Below are positions 13,623 to 24,617 of a stretch of 38,690 bases of DNA, in pieces. Source of the stretch: Batkoa obscura (taxonomy: Eukaryota); the NCBI GenBank assembly GCA_030770535.1, contig JASVEC010000163.1, positions 1 through 38,690 of the forward strand, written 5' to 3'. Both the position numbers and the translations under genes were made by a program. The stretch's first letter is position 1; each line of letters begins with the position of its first letter. A model generated the notes under the pieces. It was not told where the DNA came from. It made no database searches and saw only the letters and a list, made by a program, of their open reading frames with translations.

Positions 13623-15357
13623 TTAATTGTTCATTACGTTGTTAACTTTTTCCACATAATCTAATGGTAATTGAAATCTATTTAATGCCCTATTAAGTTC
13701 TATTAAACTTAATCTTGCATCATTACGTACTTCTTTTTTACTCTTGATACTCACTTGCTTAATCATATTTAAAATTGTTAAACTACGTTCTTTGCAATTA
13801 TTTCTTATTTCGTTATATCCCACACCTACTTCCTCATCTTTCAGTATATAAATAATATTCCAATAGACATAAATAAAAATAGCAAATTGAGCACATGAAA
13901 TAATAGTTTGTTTCTTTTCAATACCAGCAATAAGTACTTTTATTTCAGTTAATGGATTATCAACTTCATTTATTGTACTATCTTTATTATCTGATTTAAA
14001 TATTATTTCAAATGACATATCAACTAAATTAAGTAAAAGTTCATTTTCTTCTTTTGAAAATTTCATTGGTTTAGGTATTAATTGTAATATTGGATAGTAT
14101 AATAAAATCAATGAAGTATTAACTAATAATTGGAAATAATTATAAACATTTAATTGAGTGTTCTTGTTTACTATTTTATTATTGTTCAATTCCAAATTTA
14201 AACTCATTAATATTGTATTCTGTTGATTAAACTCAGATGATGGCAACTTTACCTCTTCGTTTTTTATTATTGATATTAACTCTTTTTTTTTGTGTTTAAT
14301 GTTTAAAGTATGTTGGATAATAAATAAATTAATAGCTACAACCTTCTTAAGAAATATTTGATGTCTTTCATATTTTGTGTTCTCTTCACTTTGTCCAACT
14401 TCCAAAAAGCGACATTCTCCAATATTTAAATAAGGTACTAAATCCACTTGATCAATATCAAATTTATATGCTGGAAAGTCAATTATAGCATTAGAATAAG
14501 TGATATACCCTAAGTATAACATATTCCATATATTCTTACCTCTTGTATTATGATGACTTACTTGATCTATACAGTCAATGCTTTTCTCTTTCGAGTTGTA
14601 ACCCAATACTTCACCCATTCTAACAGCTGAAAAATAGTATCTTTCTACTAATTCAAACTTGGAATGAGATAAAGCTAAATAACTCAATAAGCTTAAAGCA
14701 ATTACATTGTTACAACTTGGTATTTGATAAGCTATCGGTAACAATAGTCGAATATTTTTCAGACTGTTAGAATAAATAACTTTATAACTTGGACTATTTT
14801 GTGGTAAAGTAAGTTTTGCTAATAAAGCATAAAAAACATGAGTAAGTAGCCCTTTCTTATCTTTTTGAATGATTTGAAATAAAGTTTCTTTTTGAAGCCA
14901 TAAATTATTGGGATCTAGAAGAGTCGGTACCATTTTTAATCCAAATTCTAAAAATTGGGCAAAGTTAAATAAGTTATCAATAGTAGTATAATTTCGATTG
15001 ATCATGATCGAACTGCTGGTAGTATTGCATAGTTTTAAATGATAAATTATTTTTGTTTTAAATACTTTTATTCTCTTTATTAATTCCATTTGCTCCAATT
15101 GATTGTATTCTTTCTTCCTTTTATTATTTGCTAGTTGGTCAATTACCCAGCTTAAATAATCTAGTTGTTTTTAAAGATATTAGTAAACATTATAATTTAT
15201 ATAGTTAAATACCATAGCTAATCTCATTTAATTGAACGTCATTAATTATGTTAACAGTGTAAATATAATGATTTGTTATCCTTGTTAATTGTTCTATTTG
15301 TTCTTTCATTCGATCTTGTCGACTTCTTATCCGCTTTATTATCACTTTTTCTGTCAT
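13623..15357 (-). CDS. ~560-aa protein resembling the fungal transcription-factor middle homology region (Fungal_trans-like), no Zn2Cys6 cluster; 2 exons (15357-15213, 15160-13623)
   Basis: Exon 1 MTEKVIIKRIRSRQDRMKEQ...NEISY splices in frame over a 52-nt GT-AG intron with a TACTAAT branch site. IALSLLSYL...YYFSAVRMGEVLGYN...RGKNIWNMLY resembles the 'A.RMA..LG.....R...W..L' pattern. The product call is an inference. Confidence 0.75.
13884..14473 (-). repeat. 590-bp inverted repeat arm (partner of 9025-9614)
   Basis: The reverse complement matches 9025-9614 with the same length. Confidence 0.93.
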
Positions 15358-15973
15358 TGGCTAAAATTGCATAGAAGAAATCAAATGTTTGGAATTGTAT
15401 TGAAAAAGAAATAGTATTTATATAAAGTTAAAGCTTGGGAATATTTAACTTCATTGAATTATGTAAATCAAGTTGCTATTATTGAATTTAAAAAATAGTT
15501 GCAATATTTATACCAATTTAAAATTCAAATTCATCTCAATAAAGGTATGTGTGTTCACATTGTCATCAGGTTACATATTAACAATTTTTTTGAACTATGA
15601 TTGTAATAAATCAGTGTTATACTAGTAATCTCGACTAATTAAATCAACCTTTAGAAGGATATAAAATCTACTTGGTTAGTCGAATTTCATTTAGAATAGT
15701 TAAAGTTAAAATTTGCTAAGCATAAACAAAATCCGTCTGATAACTGTTAAAACAAGAACAAAATCGATACCAATAATTTTTAATATAATTTAACTAGCTT
15801 AAAGGTGTTAATATTTATAATATTTTTTAAATACTTTAATTATAAGTTTACTTATTATCATTATTTAATATTATACTATATCAAAACCATACTTAGAAAT
15901 TCTACTCAAATAATTATTATTTATTAAATACATTTCCATTACATCAAAAATAATTTCCAACTCTCATTTATCC

Positions 15974-17709
15974 TTAATTATTCATTATCTCTTTGACCTT
16001 TTTGATGTATTCTGGTGGCAATTGAAATCTATCCAATGCCCTATCAACCTGCTTTAAATTCAACTTAGCATCACTACGCAAAGTTTTTCTACCTTCCACT
16101 GCCAACTCTTTGACTGCTTTTAAAACAATCAATCCACGCTCCTTTGACTTATTTACCTTATCAACATCAAATGACTTCTTATCATTATTCGATGCATTAG
16201 AAATGATGTTCCAATAAACATAAATTAAGTAACAAAATTGAGAACAGGAAAAAATATTTTGATTCATTTCAAGACCCGCAACAAGTACAGATACTTCTGA
16301 TATTAAGTTCGTAATAAAGGTTGTTGTGTTTTCATTATTATCCAATTGGAACATTATTTCAAACGATGTGTTTGCTAAATTATACAAAAGTCGACTCTCT
16401 TCTTCTAAAAAGTCAACCGGTTTAGGGGCTAATAAAATGACTGGATAATACAATGATATAATAGTAGTATCAATTAAAACTTTAAAAAACCTATATACAT
16501 TTAATTGTGTATTTTTATCTACTATATCGTTACTATTCAATTCCATATTACAATTCATTAAAGTTGTACAATATGAATTAAACTCTGATAAAGGTAATTT
16601 TAACTCCTCATTCTCTATTAAAGTTATAATTGTTTGATTTTCACTTTTGATATTTAAGCTATGTCTCAAATTAGCTAAATTAACAGCTACAAGCGAGTTA
16701 AAAAATTCAGCATGTTTACTTGATTTTTTTCCCACTTCATTTTGACCAATCTCCAAAAACTCACAATGTTCTGTATTTAAATAGGGAGTTAAATTGATAC
16801 TATCTATTTGAAAGTGATAAACTGGGAAATCCAATATAGTGGCGCTATAAGCGATGTATGATAGATATAAGGTATTCCATAAATTTTTACCTCTTTTACT
16901 GTGAAAAATTAGATTATCTATAGATCCCAAGCGTTCTTCTTCTAAATTATAACCTAATATTTCTGCCATTCTAACAGCTGAAAAAAAATATCTTTCCACC
17001 AATCCAAAATTGGAATGAGATAAAGCCAAATGACTCAATAGACTAATAGCTATTATATTGTTATGGGTTGGTGTAGAATATGCTTCTGGTAATAATAATC
17101 GAATGTTTTTTAAGCTATTGGAATAGATAAGTTTATAACTTTGGCTATTTTTTGACAAAGTAAACCTAGCTAATAAAGCAAAGTAAACATAAGTAAGCAA
17201 CTCTTCCCTATTTTTTTTAGTCACTTGTAGTAAAGTATCTTTTCCAAGCCATAAATTACAAGGGTCTAAAAGCCCAGGCATAACTTTTAATCCAGTTTCC
17301 AAAAATCTACCAAAATCAAATAGGTTGGGGATAAAATTGGTTTCTCGGTTGGTGATGATGGGACTATTGGTAATAAAATATATTTTTAAATAATGATCCA
17401 TTTCGGTTTTAAATACTTCCATTCGGTTTATTGCTTCTATTTCATTTAATTGATTATGTTCTTTTTTCTCTCTACTTTTAATCAATCGATGTTTTACCCA
17501 GCTCAAATATTCTAGTTATTTTTTCAATGATTATAAATATTATAACTATATATTTACTTACCATAGCTAACTCTATGAAGTTGAGCATCATTAATAGTAC
17601 CAATAAAATTAATATGATTATTGATCGTTATTGCCAATTTTTGCATCTGCTCCTTCATTCGATCATGGTTACTTCTTATCCTTCTCTTAACCATCAGTTT
17701 ACCTATCAT
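15974..17709 (-). CDS. ~561-aa tandem paralog of the preceding gene; 2 exons (17709-17562, 17511-15974)
   Basis: Exon 1 MIGKLMVKRRIRSNHDRMKEQ...HRVSY, a 50-nt GTAAGT..TAG intron in the same position and phase, and exon 2 of the same length (1538 nt), colinear with the paralog. Confidence 0.8.
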
Positions 17710-19154
17710 TAATAATTGTAAGATGAATTATTTTAATCCAAAGTTCAATTTTTTTATGACTTTAATTTAATGCGAAATCACTAATGATGCATAAAGTGAA
17801 AGAAAATGGAAAAACACTTTTAACACTTTAAACTGCTTAAAAGACAAAGTAGTAAAAAGGTTATTCTCATATCCCTTACTTTTCTACATAACCTCACTAA
17901 ACTCATTTTCCTTTTATATGTTCTAAAACAAAACGTATGGAAACCTTTGCTTCTTTAAGATTTTTTTTAAAAGTCATTCTTTAATTGTTTTATTCAACTT
18001 TGAACTTGGGCACATAAAATTCTCCAAATTGAAATTTTTTATTTATACACTTGATAAAGTTCTTAAAACATTCGCACAGTTATTAATATTGAAATAAAAT
18101 GACATTTATAGAGATTTAAACTATAAAAATTCATTTTCACTTTAAACAGGTTTTTAAACTTTTTGAACAAATAGGTATATTAATATAGTATTTAAACCTT
18201 TCTTTTTAAACAAAATCAATCACTTTGTTGCTCTTTGAATCTTGGTATTAAATAACAAGTTTTATTTATCGAACAGTTATCGTTTTTGTAACTTCAATGT
18301 AATCATTATAATTATCTTGAGGCTTATGTTATGATTTAGTATAAGAATGGATTTATAATAACCTACCAATTCTTAAGCATAATAAATAAAGAATAATGAC
18401 ACTTTTTTATATCTCAGCGTATTAAATTATTTCTTAATATTATTCTATAGTAAAAGTTTGATATAATTACAAAAGGATTAAGGATTGACAACAGGTACTT
18501 TTACTTAAAGTTTGCGAACTATTACTTTAAAAAGTTTCTTCTTTTATTCTATACTTTTACAGAATACTAAAAATCGAGATTAAATCATCATAGCGAATTT
18601 TTATTTGTTGAATTTTATTGTTGAAAATGTATAACTCTTAAAACAAACACTCTGTTAAAAGATTATAGTTAAATGAAGACTAATAATTATTAATAGATTT
18701 ATCCCATCTTGGCTATTGTTACTACAAATTATTTAATAATTGCATAATAGTAATTAAATAAAATATTAGAAATTTAGATAGTTTTCATTTTATTATTAGG
18801 CTTATTTTTTTTGCGCTTCTGAAACCCAATTTTAAGAACTTAATGGAAAAATTATATAATAGGTAACTACTTAAAAAGATTGTGACCTTTTATTATTGAG
18901 ATTATTAATCAACACAATGAAAATTTATACAATAATAATTAATGAACCTTGAGAAAGTGCACTAAACATTTTATTATTATTATAATTTTACTAATTTGAT
19001 AACTTGATATATTAAACGTTAATAGTATTTTATTAATATTAATATCGCAAATACAGAATAGAATATCAAACTAAAATATAAAGGCAATTCAAATTTACAA
19101 ATGAACCTTTTAAGAACTTTATGAAATTTTAAAAGGAGATTAAAATAAATTTAA

Positions 19155-19276
19155 TTATCTTAGTCATCATATAGGGCAACTAATTTTAGTATTTTCATAA
19201 GCATAAGCAAACATTAAAAGTAAAGGTTTTTGATCAAAATATTGAACTTAATTGCCCTATATGATGATTAAAATAA
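19155..19276. repeat. Long fold-back hairpin B (~41-bp imperfect stem)
   Basis: TTATCTTAGTCATCATATAGGGCAACTAATTTTAGTATTTT pairs with AAAATATTGAACTTAATTGCCCTATATGATGATTAAAATAA. Confidence 0.85.
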
Positions 19277-20121
19277 GCTACCAGCTTAAATTTAGCAAAG
19301 GTGGAGAATAGTAGTTTTTTTAATAGATTAGGATACTATTGTCATTTTTTAGATATTAATTTGGTAAACTCGATATTGTATAACCTAACAATTAAGAAAA
19401 TATTTTCCAATTGTAGTAGTTGTATTTTGTTAAATAACGGTTCTTAAACCACTTTAATATCACTATTAAATTTGAAGATTTGTCCACCAATATCATTTGA
19501 TCTTATTAATAACACATTGAAATGAATACAAAGAAACTTGTACAATCTGAAATTGAAATCCTTCAAATTAAAAAATATAATAACAATTAAATAAAATGTG
19601 TTTTATATTATAAACTAAAATAACTAAAGTAAAACTTTAATAAAATAACAAAACTGTAGTTAACATCTGTTCTTTAATTACAAAACACTATTATTATTTG
19701 TGGCCAAATCTATTGATAAGGAACTTAGAAAAGATTCAATTTTCCATATTTGGCATCTCATCTACGCTATAATTACATAATTTAACAAGATTTAATCAAT
19801 TTATTAAGAACTTTAAGACAGTTACTTTATTTTGAGCTTAAAATAGAAGGTTGAATGCTTAGCACTTGTTTGTTGAAAAGAACATTTTATTATTTAGTTA
19901 ATGGATAAATTTTTCACATAAAATGATTGGATATAGTAGAATTTAAAGCTCGTTTTAATTCGTTCTGTGACAAATATTTTATTTATAGAAGTGAGACTCA
20001 TTAATTTTATTTGTTCTTTAATAAAAAAGTTATTAATTAAAGTTGAAGTTTTCTTTGTTGAAAGTATAAATACAACAATCATTTCTCTAAAAAAATAAAT
20101 TAAATTAAATTAAATTGAATC

Positions 20122-21171
20122 ATGATAAATTCGGATAACAGTGACAGGCAAGATGTTTTAGATAAACCTACTAGACAACGTAAGGTGCTCGATATTAAAA
20201 CCAAAAAGAGTATAATTGAATTGTCAAAACAAGGCTTAAGTCATCAAACAATTGCCACCAGATATAGTATTGGAAGGAGTACAGTTACCAAGATTTTGTT
20301 AAATAAGGAGCATATCCTTGAAAATAGTATCGAACACTTCCATGACTTTCGCAAAAGGATAAGAAAGACGGCGTATGATGGTTTAGAGACCGAGCTCTTT
20401 AAATGGTGTACTGAAGGCGTTTCTATTCCTAATCATAAGGTTTATTATTCCTGCAGTAATCGAAATGAAAAGCGTAACGTTCTTAATCCCAACATTATTA
20501 ATGTTCGTGAAGGTGTTGATAAAGATATGATCTTATGGAAGGCCGAGTGTCTAGCTAAAGACATGAATTTGAATGATTTTGTTGCTAATAATACTTGGCT
20601 TGGGAAGTTTAAAAGGAAGTATTACCTTAACTTCAAAACTGCTAAAAGGCGAACCTATTTAAATGACGGCTTTTCTATTAAGGAATTGACTAAGGAATGT
20701 AACCCTATTGCTTATCGTCCACCCACCGAAATTCAATCACGTAAAGTTTTAGTTAAAAGCAATGTGCCTCAAAATGTGGACTTATTTAATTTATCTAAAG
20801 ATTATAAAACTAAAAATAGTTCCTTCAGTGTTAGCAATTTATTAAACCCAGCCATTCCTGTATTGAAAGTAGGAGCTTCTAATGATAAAGTAGATGATGC
20901 GAGTGAGGTATCGCCTCCTGAATCTGGAACTTCTTCAGCTCAATCAGCTCCTGTCTTTGAACCTAAACATAGTCCCGAGGTTATTATTCATGCTGCTTTG
21001 ATAGAGAAGCGCAAATTAGGGGGCTTAGTAGATAATGAACATAGCCAAAAAAGAAAACCTATTCATAGAACCGAGGAAGACTTTCTTAAAAACTTTTTCC
21101 CAACAAATGTAGAATCAAAATCAAAGTCTGTAGTAACTCCTGAAGCTAAAAATAGAAACATGTTTTATTAA
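20122..21171 (+). CDS. CENP-B/pogo-type double-HTH DNA-binding protein lacking a DDE domain (paralog 1)
   Basis: RKVLDIKTKKSII...SHQTIATRYSIGRSTVTKIL (psq/CENP-B N HTH); LETELFKW...ILWKA..LA......FVANNTWLGKFKRKY (Tc5-type HTH); low-complexity tail; TATAAATA upstream. Confidence 0.85.
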   Translation: MINSDNSDRQDVLDKPTRQRKVLDIKTKKSIIELSKQGLSHQTIATRYSIGRSTVTKILLNKEHILENSIEHFHDFRKRIRKTAYDGLETELFKWCTEGVSIPNHKVYYSCSNRNEKRNVLNPNIINVREGVDKDMILWKAECLAKDMNLNDFVANNTWLGKFKRKYYLNFKTAKRRTYLNDGFSIKELTKECNPIAYRPPTEIQSRKVLVKSNVPQNVDLFNLSKDYKTKNSSFSVSNLLNPAIPVLKVGASNDKVDDASEVSPPESGTSSAQSAPVFEPKHSPEVIIHAALIEKRKLGGLVDNEHSQKRKPIHRTEEDFLKNFFPTNVESKSKSVVTPEAKNRNMFY

Positions 21172-22084
21172 TTATCTTACTATTTTATGGTCAAAATCTC
21201 TAACAATAAAATAATAATATTTTTTTAATGTTTTGATATTAACTTTTAAAATTTCTTAGCTTAACATGCTAAATAAAAAGCCACAATTATTCACTAAAAA
21301 ATTTATTTTTCCACTTGTGAATTAAGTGCTACGAAAGCCTCGGAAAACTCGGAAAATATCACCGTATAGAACATAGCTATCACATTTGGGACGTTTATTT
21401 TATGTTCTATTAAAATTTCTTTTTAAAATTCCTTATGGTAATAAGAATGTTAAATATTCTATGTAAAGGATTAAATAGCAAAGATTTGATATCTTAATAT
21501 TATTCATATCAATATTGTTAAAAAATCTTTACAATAGCTATAAATAACTTATTAATTGGTTGTAGTATAAAGTAAGTAAGTACAACGTTTTAATTTATTT
21601 AATTTAGTAAATGACAAATATCAAATTACTATCTGTAATAATAGAAGAAGCCATAATATTGTATAAAAATAAATGTTACTATTCATTAACTTTATGAATT
21701 TAAAATAGCACCATTTTTTTATTGCCAAGTTTTAACTCAAACCCTTCTAAAAGAAAAGTATTCTAATAACTGAAGTCATCACATGGGGCTGTCCTAATTG
21801 GTTTCAGAATCTACTTAGAAATTAATCCAAATTTAAAATTCCAAGTTTGTGTTCAATATAACGGTTAAATCTAAAAAGCCTAAAATTAAATGTCTCTATT
21901 TAAAACTTATTTTAATTGTTTCCTTTTCTTAAATAGCTAATTTTCCTAACTATATATTTTATGTTAGTTCTGTTAGATATTTAACAGATATATAATATAT
22001 AACTATATGATTATATAATTATATAAATACATAATTATATAAACACAGTTATTTGACTTTATTTTTTGTTGAAATAAAAATAAA

Positions 22085-23788
22085 ATGCAAACTTTCATAA
22101 CTAAACTTCGAAATGGAATTTTTGAAAACTTCAATACAATAGGGAGGAGTACACAATATAAACATTGTAATTCATTTACATCAATTTTAAGAGCTACTTA
22201 TAACAACCCAAGGTTCATGGAATTTTATAATAAAACAAAACAAAGAAAAGATATATTATCAAAGTTTACTATCGATAATAATAAACTTAATCAAGTAATG
22301 TATAAAATTAGTGCTTTAAGGGAAACAGGAAACAAAAGTCAGCAAGTAGCGTTATTATCAACTATAGCTTCAGTATATTCTTTTGATGAATGTAAGAGTT
22401 TTGGGTTTAATATAAATAGAAATCAATATGATTATTCAAAAACAAGTAATAATAATAAAATATCAACATTAAAACCTATTATTAAAAATACAAAAAAAAT
22501 TAAAGATGACCAAATTGAAACTATCATACAATATTTACTAAATGATTCAACTATTTCATCAAGATTTAATAAAAAAAATAACGATAGTAAATATTCATCA
22601 GATAATATATATATATTAAATAAAAGTAGAAGAATGATATATAGTAAATATTTGAATGATCTAAGAGATAAAGCAGTAGCCAGGTCAACGTTCTTTAAAT
22701 ATATACCAACTAATTTCAAAAATCCAGCAAGAAAAACGGATCTATGTAATATATGTACCCAGTATACAGTTAGAAAAAAGTTATTTGAAAATAAAATAAA
22801 TACAGCAAAAAACAAAGCAGAGATACAAGAAATTTTCAACGAAGAAGAAAAATTATACAAATTACATAAATTCTGTGTTGATACTCAAAAAAACACATTT
22901 AATGAAACTATCAAAAAATTAAATAACAAAAGTTGTATAATAGTTTTAGATTTTAAACAAAATATGGAAATAGGGACAAGACCAGATTCAATAAATTTAG
23001 ATCATTATAATAAACAAGCTATATCAGTATTAGGCTTTGGTGTATTATATTTAAAAGATGATAAAACAATAGGCAAAGTTTACTTTGATTATTTATCTGA
23101 AATATTGAATCATGATTCAGCATATGCAGGAGATTGTTTAATCGATTTAATCTCTACAGAGCTTCTATTTAAAAAGTTTACAAAAATTAATATATGGGCA
23201 GATACAGGAAATCATTTTAGATCCCAAGAGTTCTTACATTATATGTTTAAAGAAATTCATAAAATAAATAGTAGTTTGAATGTTAATCTTAATTTTTTTG
23301 CTGAGCATCATGGAAAAAGTATAGTTGATGGACATTTTGGAAACCTTTCAAAATGGAAAAGTAGTTTTGAAGCGTTAGGTAAAATAGAAGATATCGATCA
23401 ATTAATTTCAAGATTTGAGGCTTTTATTTGCGAGCATAATAAAATTAATAACTCGACTGTTAATAATGGGAAAACAGATATAATTTTTAAAAAGTATAAA
23501 AGAAACAAAAATACAAAAAGAATAATAGAGATGCAGGGCATTAAGAAGTATTTACACTTTATTAAACATAACAATAAACTACATTGTTATCCAGTATCTG
23601 ATACATCAAAAAAAAGCGATATAGTCCCAATTAAAGTTATAGAGTCTATAGAAAACAGAAAAATTAAAAGATCGATCCCAGCTTACCTTACGAAGATAAC
23701 AGAGAATTTGAAAATTTCGATATTTACTAAGCAAGTAAGTAGTTTGTTGAATGATAGAAATAGATTGTTAAATGTTAGGATTACTTAA
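22085..23788 (+). CDS. DDD-type transposase, Sola2-like (567 aa)
   Basis: RKTDLCNIC...H zinc-binding-like motif; candidate catalytic triad in DFKQN, WADTGNHF and HHGKSIVDGHFG; sole large ORF between the TIRs. Confidence 0.85.
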   Translation: MQTFITKLRNGIFENFNTIGRSTQYKHCNSFTSILRATYNNPRFMEFYNKTKQRKDILSKFTIDNNKLNQVMYKISALRETGNKSQQVALLSTIASVYSFDECKSFGFNINRNQYDYSKTSNNNKISTLKPIIKNTKKIKDDQIETIIQYLLNDSTISSRFNKKNNDSKYSSDNIYILNKSRRMIYSKYLNDLRDKAVARSTFFKYIPTNFKNPARKTDLCNICTQYTVRKKLFENKINTAKNKAEIQEIFNEEEKLYKLHKFCVDTQKNTFNETIKKLNNKSCIIVLDFKQNMEIGTRPDSINLDHYNKQAISVLGFGVLYLKDDKTIGKVYFDYLSEILNHDSAYAGDCLIDLISTELLFKKFTKINIWADTGNHFRSQEFLHYMFKEIHKINSSLNVNLNFFAEHHGKSIVDGHFGNLSKWKSSFEALGKIEDIDQLISRFEAFICEHNKINNSTVNNGKTDIIFKKYKRNKNTKRIIEMQGIKKYLHFIKHNNKLHCYPVSDTSKKSDIVPIKVIESIENRKIKRSIPAYLTKITENLKISIFTKQVSSLLNDRNRLLNVRIT

Positions 23789-24048
23789 GTTATTAATAGC
23801 TAAGTTAATAAATAGTCAAAGAACAAGTAACTGTAATAATATGTAAAAACTATTATTACTTGTACTATATAGGGATGGTTAATTATAGTTTTGGGGCTGA
23901 CCACTCCCTCCCATGCAGCTATTTATTAACTTGGCAATATATTAATAATGTAATTATAACATTAAAGTAGTTTATTTATTTGATAATAAATCTACGATGT
24001 TGGTTATAAAGCAGTTGATAATAAATATTTCTCAATTAAGCTTTATAA
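23789..24048 (+). ncRNA. Candidate structured RNA / structured 3' UTR of transposon copy 1
   Basis: A 17-bp stem (23799-23815/23919-23935) encloses two hairpins and is followed by two further hairpins. Folded by eye; no expression evidence. Confidence 0.45.
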
Positions 24049-24579
24049 GAACATGTATTTAAGATCTAGTAGAAATTCAACTAACTTACAGTATGAGCTA
24101 TAATAGAATGATTTAGAACTGTGTTTGGGTACTTTTGTTTTAATAAAAGATGTGATTTTATAGAATTTTAAGCGAAGTTTTTAAAATACAAAATTTTTCA
24201 AAAATTGGATAAAATAATGAAACTAATTCAGACAACCCCACATTGTTTTCCTTTGCCTAAATTAGATAATACAGTTTATTCATATTGAATAATTGATGGT
24301 TTAGATTATAGAGGTTAATATATGGTGCAGATAAAGTAAGCTCATAATTTTTAGAAATTACAATATATTCACCATTTTTTTGTCGTTTGTGATTAAAATT
24401 TTATTAGTAAGCTAAACTCTATTGTCACATTTGAACTCTAGCAACAGCAGGCACTACGTTATTATAACGTTTCTATAAATTTATAAATTTAGTTTTATAC
24501 TATATTTTATACTATAACCTATAAAGTCTATTTTTCGAGCTTTGTTTATATAAAATAGTAATTCTTAAAAAGGCGACTT

Positions 24580-24617
24580 TTAAAAATAGAAAAGTGATGA
24601 AACTAAAAAACACCCTC
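24580..24617 (+). mobile_element. MITE right-end remnant
   Basis: TTAAAAATAGAAAAGTGATGAAACTAAAAAACACCCTC matches the MITE 3' end; no left end is recognisable. Confidence 0.6.

Larger units (their letters stand above)
21785..24239 (+). mobile_element. Autonomous-looking Sola2-like DNA transposon, copy 1 (2455 bp)
   Basis: TIRs GGGGCTGTCCTAATTGGTTTCA / TGAAACTAATTCAGACAACCCC (18/22 match), perfect 4-bp TSD ACAT, near-identical second copy at 34365. 5'-GRG termini and a 4-bp TSD fit Sola2. Confidence 0.9.

Noticed and set aside
17527..17712. 61-aa plus-strand ORF
   Set aside because: Antisense to exon 1 of the minus-strand paralog.
19894..20082. 62-aa minus-strand ORF
   Set aside because: AT-rich promoter-region sequence with no motifs.
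21720..21731. TATTGCCAAGTT upstream of copy 1, complementary to 23928-23939 of the structured region (guide-target idea)
   Set aside because: Only 12 nt, and I saw no counterpart in the flanks of copy 2; likely chance.
22432..22860. 142-aa hydrophobic antisense ORF (also at 35022-35450)
   Set aside because: Expected shadow of an A-rich transposase strand; its conservation is explained by copy identity.
23789..24048. Hammerhead ribozyme, group I/II intron or Fanzor/TnpB system as the identity of the structured region
   Set aside because: No CUGANGA/GAAA core, no group II domain V, no convincing group I P7, and no RuvC-type ORF in the element.
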